From: an archaeon
GTDB taxonomy: Archaea > SpSt-1190 > DYHY01
Assembly: GCA_037442745.1 (NCBI GenBank)
Contig: JBBIPP010000004.1
Coordinates: 30,090-94,089, forward strand
Reading direction: 5' to 3'
Length of the DNA stretch: 64,000 nt
Below the pieces are notes generated by a model. That model was not told the DNA's origin, ran no database searches, and saw only the letters and a list, made by a program, of their open reading frames with translations. Numbering within the stretch: position 1 is the stretch's first letter; each line of letters begins with the position of its first letter. Both the position numbers and the translations under genes were made by a program. This document shows positions 56,640 to 64,000 of this stretch, in pieces.

Positions 56640-57935
56640 TTACGGATATACTCGCTTCATTGTCCTTGGGAAAGGCATTGCGTCCCTTATGTGCTTCAGC
56701 TTGCAGACCCAACGGACAACGCGGTCGACTCCAAGGCCAAACCCGGAATGCGGGACGCTCCCGTATTTCCGCAGATCGAAATACCAGCCATAATCCTTCT
56801 CGTTCAGGCCGAACAGCTCAAGTTGCGTCCGCAGTTCTTCCGTCTTGTCGCACCTCTGGCCACCACCTATTATCTCTCCATAGCCTTCGGGGGCAAGGAG
56901 ATCTCCCGCAAGAGTGTGGGTGGGCCTCTCAGGGTTCGGCTTGTGGTAGAATGCCTTGAGCATTACAGGATAGCCGGTCACAATAAAGGGCTTTTCGAAC
57001 TGGCTTGCAAGAACGAACTCCTCGTCCGCCCCGAGGTCGCTTTCGTAGTTCAATTTCAATTCCGATTTCTCGTTAATCAAGTCAATTGCCTTTTCATAGG
57101 GAATTCTTGGAAAGTTTCCCTCAGCAGCCTTCTCCAGGGGCCCAAGAGGCCTCTTCAAAAAAGCGAGTTCAGCCTTCCTCTCGGCCAGGACTTTTTTCAC
57201 AATGTGGACAATTATCTCCTCTTCGACTTTCATTATCCCGTCGAAATCGCACCAGGCGAGTTCGCACTCTGCATGCCAGAATTCAGTCAAATGGCGCGGG
57301 GTCTTGCTTTTTTCCGCCCTAAAAGATGGGGCAATCAAGTATTGCTTCCCAAGGGAATAGATTAGGGCCTCGTTATAGAACTGGGCTGACTGTGAAAGAT
57401 ACGCCTTTCTTCCGAAATACTTTATTGGGAAAAGGGTCGAGCCCCCCTCGCAGGCAGCCGTGACAAACATTGGTCCTGTCGCCTCATAGAACCCGTTCGT
57501 CCTGAAATACTCGTGTATTGCCTCGAAAACAGTGTGCCTAACTTTCAGTATTGCGTTCATTTTCCTGCTTCTGAGCCAGAGATGACGGATGTTCATCAGG
57601 TGGGTTGCTGACAAGTCCTTCGCAATTGGAAAGGGCGTCTCGGCAAGACCTACTATCTTGAATCCGGTAAGGGCAAGTTCATACCCTCCGGGAGCCCGCT
57701 CGTCTTTTTTCACAACGCCAGTCAGTTCAACGCTCGATTCCCGTGTGACTTTTTCAACATCCGCCCAGAAAGAGTCCTGAGCCCGGGAGACTGCCTGGAC
57801 AATTCCGGTCGGGTCCCTAAGAACGAGGAAAATCATTTTTCCGCTTGAGCGCTTCCGGTGAATCCATCCACGGAGGGCTACTTGGGCGCCTTCGTTGTGC
57901 ATTCCTGAGCAAACATTCCTTATTTCGCTGAACAT
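56640..57935 (-). CDS. asnS: Asparaginyl-tRNA synthetase
   Basis: LRGWIH..R..GK, RHLWLR, EGGSTLF, FRAEKS.T.RHLTEFW, GEIIGGGQR, YGSVPHSGFGLG. Confidence 0.93.
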   Translation of the reverse strand: MFSEIRNVCSGMHNEGAQVALRGWIHRKRSSGKMIFLVLRDPTGIVQAVSRAQDSFWADVEKVTRESSVELTGVVKKDERAPGGYELALTGFKIVGLAETPFPIAKDLSATHLMNIRHLWLRSRKMNAILKVRHTVFEAIHEYFRTNGFYEATGPMFVTAACEGGSTLFPIKYFGRKAYLSQSAQFYNEALIYSLGKQYLIAPSFRAEKSKTPRHLTEFWHAECELAWCDFDGIMKVEEEIIVHIVKKVLAERKAELAFLKRPLGPLEKAAEGNFPRIPYEKAIDLINEKSELKLNYESDLGADEEFVLASQFEKPFIVTGYPVMLKAFYHKPNPERPTHTLAGDLLAPEGYGEIIGGGQRCDKTEELRTQLELFGLNEKDYGWYFDLRKYGSVPHSGFGLGVDRVVRWVCKLKHIRDAMPFPRTMKRVYP

Positions 57936-57990
57936 TGGGAACGAATTGCCTGCATATGTTTATAAAAAAGTTGGAGGAAACCTTCTCATA

Positions 57991-58653
57991 ATGTCGGTTT
58001 TGGGGCAAGTCTCGGTAGTTGTTCCAGTTCATAACGAGGAAAAACGGCTCCCTTTGCTCCTCGGGAGCGTCGACTTTTCCCTTTTCGGGGAGGCAATATT
58101 CGTCCTTGACGGATGTACTGACAATTCGGGCGTCATTATACCGAAAAGCTCGAAGAAAATTGTCCTCAAGAAGCGCAGGGGAAAGGGCTTTGCAATGCGG
58201 GAAGGGTTCCTTGTGTCGAAAAAGAAATTCGTCTGCTTTATTGACGCTGACGGGACTTTCTCCCAAAAGCAAGTCGATGGAATCTGCACTCTGGCAAAAA
58301 GAAAGGGCGGGCTTGTTCTGGCTGAGAGGCGAACTTTCCCGAAAAAACGGGCTTTCAAAAGGAACGTCCTGAGGGTAATTTCCAAGGCTCTTTTCGGAAT
58401 AACTGAGAGGGACACGCAGTGCGGGCTCCTCGTTATTGAGAGAGAGAAATTCGCCGGAATCTTCGGGAAACTCTCCTCAGCCGGCTACGAGCTCCCAATA
58501 GAATTGATTTTCAAGGCTAAAAATGCGGGGATCAACGTAAGCACACACCCTGTCGATATTCCTGAGGAAAATTACGATAATTCCACTTTCAACGAGACGC
58601 TCGACCCCCTGAAAATGCTTTTTTCGCTGATAGGGCTGAGGTTGCGTGGCTAG
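57991..58653 (+). CDS. GT2 glycosyltransferase
   Basis: SVVVP.HNE, DGCTD, GKG.A..EG, FIDADG, DTQCG. Confidence 0.88.
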   Translation: MSVLGQVSVVVPVHNEEKRLPLLLGSVDFSLFGEAIFVLDGCTDNSGVIIPKSSKKIVLKKRRGKGFAMREGFLVSKKKFVCFIDADGTFSQKQVDGICTLAKRKGGLVLAERRTFPKKRAFKRNVLRVISKALFGITERDTQCGLLVIEREKFAGIFGKLSSAGYELPIELIFKAKNAGINVSTHPVDIPEENYDNSTFNETLDPLKMLFSLIGLRLRG

Positions 58654-59413
58654 GATTGGGCATTCAAAGGAAATTGTCCTGACTTTTGACCTTGAGGAAT
58701 ATTCAGTCCCAAATGAGTTCGGGGAAAAGACAGAGCACGATTTAGCCCCGTCAGAAAGGGCTATAGATTACCTACTTTCGGCGTGCGGACATGCTACTTA
58801 TTTCACGACAATTGGTTTCGCAAGAAGGTTCCCGAAAAGAATTAGGGAGATTGCGAAAAGGGGGAATGAAATTGCCCTTCACGGGGAAATAGGGCGAGCG
58901 GGGCAAGAAAAGCTGGTTCTTGAGAAAATATGCAGAAGAAAAGTCGTTGGCTTCCGCGCGCATATGTTCAGAGCCAAGATGGAGGAAATAGCGGGCCTTG
59001 CAAAGGAAGGCTTCCTCTATGATTCCTCGATAAACAAGACAGTTGTTCTTGGGAGGTATTCTAACTTGGGGACAATCCCGAAAAAAATTGGAAAAATTGT
59101 CGAACTTCCAATAACTGCTCCCTTGGGAATCCCGCTCTCGTTCGTCTGGTTTCGCACAGTTCCATTCAAAGCCCTAAAATCCCTATCAATTTTCTCTGGA
59201 GACAATCCCCAAGTCCACTATTTCCATCCGTGGGAATTCTCCAAAGTAAAGGAAGGAAGGAACCCTTTGGCAAAACTCTCGGCATACGGATGCGGGACAA
59301 GAGCGTTCAAAGAAAAGTTCGAAAAATACTTTGCATGGGAGGAAGCTATTCGAGGGGGACGGTTTTCATTGGCTTGTGAGTCTGCGGCCTCTTTTTCGCA
59401 TGCTTTCCGGTGA
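58646..59413 (+). CDS. Polysaccharide deacetylase (NodB/CE4 family)
   Basis: LTFDLEE, ATYF, EIALHG, GFRA, YDSS, ELPI, YFHPWEF. Confidence 0.88.
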   Translation: MARIGHSKEIVLTFDLEEYSVPNEFGEKTEHDLAPSERAIDYLLSACGHATYFTTIGFARRFPKRIREIAKRGNEIALHGEIGRAGQEKLVLEKICRRKVVGFRAHMFRAKMEEIAGLAKEGFLYDSSINKTVVLGRYSNLGTIPKKIGKIVELPITAPLGIPLSFVWFRTVPFKALKSLSIFSGDNPQVHYFHPWEFSKVKEGRNPLAKLSAYGCGTRAFKEKFEKYFAWEEAIRGGRFSLACESAASFSHAFR

Positions 59414-59720
59414 GAAGCTCCAATTTTCCGTTCCTTCCGATTGAAAGCTGCTTGGCTCCTTTCCAGCTCCTTATGAACCCGCCCTCTATCTTTATCCTTG
59501 TCCCTTTTTCAATTCCCTTAGACTGGTCTCCCCAGAGAATCAGAAGAATGTTCGCAGTGTCGTCCTTCAGCGTCGCATGGGTAAGGGACGTTTCCTTTCC
59601 ATAGCGGGTGACAACTGAGCGGGTCTCGCTGATTGAAATGATTTCCCCCTCAAGCTCTACATTCGTATGCCCGTCCTTCAAATCAATTATTTTGAAAACG
59701 GCTATTTTGTTTCCCTCCAA
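59346..59720 (-). CDS. Single OB-fold ssDNA-binding protein (SSB/RPA-like)
   Basis: KI.DLK.G..NV...G.I, LKDDT..I.L.LW, G.KQLSIGR.G. Confidence 0.88.
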   Translation of the reverse strand: MEGNKIAVFKIIDLKDGHTNVELEGEIISISETRSVVTRYGKETSLTHATLKDDTANILLILWGDQSKGIEKGTRIKIEGGFIRSWKGAKQLSIGRNGKLELLTGKHAKKRPQTHKPMKTVPLE

Positions 59721-59721
59721 A

Positions 59722-60030
59722 TTATTTGAAAAAAACGAACTTGTTCTTCTCCATTATTTCGAATGCCGACGAGAGACGGGAAAGCATCTCGTCCTTTGTC
59801 ATTGCAGTGTTTTTAACCAAATGGAACGCAATGTCTGAAACACTGTTCTTTCCGTCAGATAGAGCGATTGCCGCCAAAAGCACGTCAGGAATTGCGACAA
59901 ATGAGATTTCGTCAACAGTCCCGAAGGTTTCCCCGTCTTTTTGGAAGAGCCGGAGTGTCTGGTTCCTTTTTGGCTTGAGAGCCGAATAATCCTTGTGCTT
60001 GAAAGTCTTGGGAGCTTTTTTCGCCGGCAT
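59722..60030 (-). CDS. Hypothetical protein, PqqD/winged-helix-like
   Basis: ..LSDGKNSVSDIA..L...pattern. Confidence 0.6.
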   Translation of the reverse strand: MPAKKAPKTFKHKDYSALKPKRNQTLRLFQKDGETFGTVDEISFVAIPDVLLAAIALSDGKNSVSDIAFHLVKNTAMTKDEMLSRLSSAFEIMEKNKFVFFK

Positions 60031-60082
60031 ACGGGGGTTAATAATGGTGAAACATATAAGCGTTTCTTACGAAACCCCTCTA

Positions 60083-60166
60083 CCGGGATGAAGATTAATT
60101 GAGGGTTAACCTAGTACGTGGCCCAAAATGCCATTGACAATGAGGATGTGACCCGATACTGACCGG
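60083..60166 (+). ncRNA. Double-guide C/D-box sRNA (predicted target 23S C1920; second guide possibly ~G1948)
   Basis: TATA CATATAAG 60053; stem CCGG/CCGG; box C ATGAAGA 60088-60094; D' CCTA 60110; C' ATGAGGA 60140-60146; 12-nt guide; box D CTGA 60159-60162. Confidence 0.75.
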
Positions 60167-60295
60167 CCATGTCCGCTAGGACAGGCAAGTTAGTTCTGCA
60201 GTCAAAAGTCCAGTCCGAAGACTGGGGAGACCGGCTAGCCTAGCAAAATTATATTCTTGCAGTCTAAACTCTCTGGGAACACGCGAACCTATTAC

Positions 60296-63200
60296 TCACT
60301 TTCCAAAGCGTCCGGTTTCCAGGGCTTTCCCGAAAACATATTTTGTGACTGCCTTTCCGACTTGCCCGTAGAGTTCCCTTGTTTCGAAAGCAACACGCCC
60401 CGGCAGGCCGGCAGATTGCCTCGCTACATATGTTGCAAGGCCTATTTGCGAGTCAGTTTCCGAGAGCATTGCTGTCCGAAGCTCATTTTCTGGAAGGGTT
60501 GCAATAGTTTCCGAATATATTCTTGAGACTTCAGAGACGAGCGCATCCTCAGGAACGCTTGCCGAGGAATTGCCTTTTCTCGCGCCGGCATAAGAAGCAG
60601 TCTCAATTACGGACGCCAAGTAATTTTCGCTTCCGGGAATGACTTGAGCAAGCTTCCTCAATGCGAGTTCAACATCAACATATCCTCCTTTTCTTGCAGA
60701 GTCTATTATTCCGGAGACTGATTCGGAAACAATTCTTGTCGCATATTTTCGGAGTTCCAGCTCGGGCAGTTTTGCGATTTCGGCCCGCATTTCGAGGTAT
60801 TCGAGGGAAGTATTTGCCAGCTCGTTCGATTTCGCAGTCTGCCACTTCAACGAGTAAGCTAACTTGTCGGTCGTTTCCTTGAGATTGTTCCTCATATTCT
60901 TGTTGAAATAGTCGATGAGTAACCCTGCGTCCTGTCCGCCCACCACCACATCCGACTTGTCAACGCCTTGCGCGGTTGCAATTAACCCTATTGCAGTCCT
61001 GAATTGATCAGATATCATCGGGTCGTTCGAATTATAGACCCTGAAAACATTTCCGGGGCTGTCCCTTGCAACCCTATTAAGGAGGTGGTGCTCTTCTACT
61101 GAGTTTGAAGGAACGTCAGCTACAATCAGCCTCATTGACTTGCCGTTGGTCGGGAAGTTTACTCCCCGTCCAGCTTCTGGAAGAACTATTGTTATTCCAT
61201 CAGAAATCATTTTGTAGACAGTGGATTCGGATAGAGCGTCTTGGCCATAGACAACCCGGACGTTCGTTTTTGTCCCTTCCAAGAGCGCTTTTCCGAGATC
61301 AACTGCATTCTGTACTGTATTCACAGCAACGACAACGCCCTCTCCTTTCGAGAGCCCTTCCTTTGCTAGGTCAATTACTTCTGAATAGTGTGATTTCTTG
61401 TCGTTCAGTATTATTATCCCGCCTTCCTTGGGAACGAACCTTCTCTCGGAAACAGTTTTCCCATCATCCGCGTATTTGACATACCTGAACTCCCTTCCGA
61501 CAGCCCCTATATCGCGAGGCTTTGCCGGAACAAAAGAGCCGTCTTCCTTCACTTCAACAAGGGAAAATAACCCCTTTGAAATGCCGTCTTCTGCATATGT
61601 CGGGACTGCTTCAACGTCAGTTGAGCCGAGAATTTTTAGAGTGTCTCCTGCGCCTCCAAGAGTTGCCGAGAACGCCACAAAGGGGTTTGACGCAAGGGAA
61701 ACTTTCAGGGCGGAAAGCTCATAGGGAGAAACGCTCTGGGTTGTTGTGAGGGGAACTCCTTCAATTGCTTCCAAGTAATTCTGGGTTTCATCAGAGAAAT
61801 AGAGTCCCCCAATGATTTTCCCGTCCCGCATTACCATTACTTTTCCCCCAACAACTTCATAGTTCCGTCCGCGCTTGTTGTATGTCTTTGTCGCTATGAG
61901 TGCTTTTGCGGAATCCTCGTTTCGTTCAGACAGGAATCCTCTGAGGAGTTCGTTCTCTTTCGGGTCGTTCCCTCCGCCGAGGGACAAAAGAAGTGAGACG
62001 AATCCGGGGGAATTGCTCTCGTCGAGTTCCCCGTTCTTGTCAAAAACGAAATCCCTTCCGTAAACAGCTGTCGGAAGCGCCTTTTCAATTCTTTCTGAAA
62101 GTTCAGAAACGTCCGATTCCGAATATCCCGAATAGTCGACAGTCTCAAGAACGCCAAGGGAAGATATCCCCTTCTGTTCCGCGAATTTTCTCTCGAGGGC
62201 GTTCTCAAGCATTATTTTCGCAAGGGCGTATTTCCCGACTGCAGGAGCGTCATATAGCCCTGTCGATTCCAGTTTCTTTGTGAAATTTGCGGTGAATTCG
62301 AGGCCGTTCTGCGCGCTCTCGACAACGTCATATATCTCCCTTGCGACATAATCTGCGAGCATCGAAGTGTCGAGACTCTCAAAGGAGTAAACAAAGTCTG
62401 CCAATCCTCCGGTTTTCGGGCTTGCTCGCTGGACACTTTCAGCTCTAATTGCATTAAGCTTCTTTTGCGCTTCTTCCTTGGAAAGCCCCTTTGTTACAAA
62501 AGCTTCGAGCGCTTTCTGCAGCTTTTCTCCCTTGAGTGTCGGATCAATTCCGACTTCCTTCGCAATCTGTGCTTCCGGGGAAAGGCCTTCTTTTGAGTAT
62601 TCCTTCTTGAACTGCCGAAGGCCTCCCTGTGAATTGAGGGCGGAATAAACATAGGTAAGGTGCGAGTTGTCAACAGGAATTTGTATGCTCGGCACGACAT
62701 TTTCAAGAAGCTTTCCTACAGTCTTGTCCGCCTCGTCAATTACGAAATACGCCCTGTTTTTTTCAATGAAATGTTCTGTTTCCCCTGTCGCAATCTGTTT
62801 CCTTATTGCCGAGGAATAGGCATCGGGAGTTGAGAATATTATTTCGCTGGCTTTGGCAGAATCTACTGAAACGGGCATTAGATGGGGGTTGTCTGCGGAA
62901 ACTGCCCCTGTCTTTAGGCCCCATATTGCGAAAGGAAGGTATTCCCAATCTCCTTCTGCCGCCTTTTCTCCGTAAAATTTCGCAATCCCGGCTTTGGAGA
63001 GTCTTGCGGAATATTCGAGACCCGGAGAGAATGTGAGGTCTGTTTTCGGGTCAAACCCTTGGGAATCGAGGAATGCAAAGAAATCTGCGACTTTGCCTTC
63101 GGAGAGCGCCTTGTTGAACCCTTGGGAAATTCCGAGTTCTATTTTCTCAAGACCAGATACTGCATTGAAAGTATTTTGATCGAGATTAACTGGCCCTCCG

Positions 63201-63850
63201 TTTCTTGAAGTAATGAACGACACTGCTTTTGAGAATCCTCCGTCAACATCATATTTGAACCCTATCGGAACTCCGCTTGAAGTTCTCCCAAGAACGCCGA
63301 TTTCGGTTATTCCAAGTTCCTGATAAATTCCGCCAGTCAGTTCAGCGTCCCTCAAGACAAGATAATCGTTTGAGGACATTACAAATGTCTTTCTTCCGGT
63401 TTTCCTTCCAGCTGCCGCAAAAAGGGAGACTGCAAAGGGAATCTCATAGGTCTTACCCTCGTTTGTCGCAACCTCCAAAGAATTGGAATTGTCATAATCA
63501 GAGCCTTTTGCTGGGAGAATTGCCCTTATTCCGGTCGCAACCTGTATTGGGCGAAGAGTCATTCCCGCCCGCTTTTTCGTTGCGGAACAGACAGCTTTCG
63601 CAAGCTCGACAATCGCATTCTCAAGCTCGGGAGAATCGAGTTTCTGGCTCCCAAAACCCAAGAAACCTCCCTTTACTTTTCCCTCAACAGGCCAGACCTC
63701 AAAGCCCTCTTCATTCTTTCCCGACCGGACAAACGGCTCAAGGAGTGAGACTGCATTCTCATAAATCTCCCTTGGAGCCTTTGTTCCGTCAAAACCCCTT
63801 ACTACGTCCTCTGCAAGGGAATATGCATATTTGAATTTCTTTGAAGGCAT
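60296..63850 (-). CDS. Divergent SecA-like SF2 ATPase (1184 aa)
   Basis: Colinear SecA motifs: GMTLRPIQ, EVATNEGKT, SSNDYLVLRDAE, VIDEAD, NYEVVGGKV...G..FSD..QNYLEAIEG, FSATL, VPT, AGRGVNF, LLNRVAR..PG. Confidence 0.82.
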   Translation of the reverse strand: MPSKKFKYAYSLAEDVVRGFDGTKAPREIYENAVSLLEPFVRSGKNEEGFEVWPVEGKVKGGFLGFGSQKLDSPELENAIVELAKAVCSATKKRAGMTLRPIQVATGIRAILPAKGSDYDNSNSLEVATNEGKTYEIPFAVSLFAAAGRKTGRKTFVMSSNDYLVLRDAELTGGIYQELGITEIGVLGRTSSGVPIGFKYDVDGGFSKAVSFITSRNGGPVNLDQNTFNAVSGLEKIELGISQGFNKALSEGKVADFFAFLDSQGFDPKTDLTFSPGLEYSARLSKAGIAKFYGEKAAEGDWEYLPFAIWGLKTGAVSADNPHLMPVSVDSAKASEIIFSTPDAYSSAIRKQIATGETEHFIEKNRAYFVIDEADKTVGKLLENVVPSIQIPVDNSHLTYVYSALNSQGGLRQFKKEYSKEGLSPEAQIAKEVGIDPTLKGEKLQKALEAFVTKGLSKEEAQKKLNAIRAESVQRASPKTGGLADFVYSFESLDTSMLADYVAREIYDVVESAQNGLEFTANFTKKLESTGLYDAPAVGKYALAKIMLENALERKFAEQKGISSLGVLETVDYSGYSESDVSELSERIEKALPTAVYGRDFVFDKNGELDESNSPGFVSLLLSLGGGNDPKENELLRGFLSERNEDSAKALIATKTYNKRGRNYEVVGGKVMVMRDGKIIGGLYFSDETQNYLEAIEGVPLTTTQSVSPYELSALKVSLASNPFVAFSATLGGAGDTLKILGSTDVEAVPTYAEDGISKGLFSLVEVKEDGSFVPAKPRDIGAVGREFRYVKYADDGKTVSERRFVPKEGGIIILNDKKSHYSEVIDLAKEGLSKGEGVVVAVNTVQNAVDLGKALLEGTKTNVRVVYGQDALSESTVYKMISDGITIVLPEAGRGVNFPTNGKSMRLIVADVPSNSVEEHHLLNRVARDSPGNVFRVYNSNDPMISDQFRTAIGLIATAQGVDKSDVVVGGQDAGLLIDYFNKNMRNNLKETTDKLAYSLKWQTAKSNELANTSLEYLEMRAEIAKLPELELRKYATRIVSESVSGIIDSARKGGYVDVELALRKLAQVIPGSENYLASVIETASYAGARKGNSSASVPEDALVSEVSRIYSETIATLPENELRTAMLSETDSQIGLATYVARQSAGLPGRVAFETRELYGQVGKAVTKYVFGKALETGRFGK

Positions 63851-63936
63851 TTGTAGTTACTTAATAGTAATACATACTTTATATACTTTACCATTTGTTA
63901 GTTGCTTAAATAAATAGCCAATATTTGGGCTTATTG

Positions 63937-63999
63937 TTAATTCTTGCCAACAGCCAGTTTCTGCTTGACACCTTCAAGATAGGTCAATGCAATTGAGAC
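63937..63999 (-). CDS. Probable 3' end of a gene entering from beyond the window
   Basis: Open frame ..VSIALTYLEGVKQKLAVGKN*; too short to identify. Confidence 0.35.
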   Translation of the reverse strand, partial: VSIALTYLEGVKQKLAVGKN

Positions 64000-64000
64000 A

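Overview
The window reads as chromosome from a small-genome, DPANN-type archaeon using the standard genetic code. Support for this: archaeal Dph5, Trm5, DUF357, AsnRS, OB-fold SSB, a stand-alone 5S rRNA, an intron-less tRNA-Leu(GAG) without encoded CCA, TATA/BRE promoters, and N-x-S/T-rich surface proteins. The taxonomic call is inference. Housekeeping and salvage genes (nrdJ+cobO, galT, PGI/PMI, nnrD, HIT, MEMO1, DedA) are interspersed with several decayed genes. The most unusual content is: (1) a 1184-aa SecA-like ATPase, although archaea are generally held to lack SecA; (2) an 8-kb divergent array of about 13 small membrane proteins, most sharing one helical motif, including three 504-bp tandem copies with near-identical cores and variable termini; (3) a predicted lipoprotein with a lytic-transglycosylase-like C-terminus; (4) two nucleotidyltransferase-HEPN-like paralogs beside a TIM-barrel metalloenzyme with a large insertion; (5) unannotated C/D-box guide sRNAs whose +5 rule points to 16S C1402 and 23S C1920 (E. 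coli numbering); and (6) a 147-bp duplication of the 5S rRNA 3' end next to a frameshifted nuclease. No CRISPR array, integrase or transposase was recognised. All family calls are from motif recognition by eye, with no database searches run.
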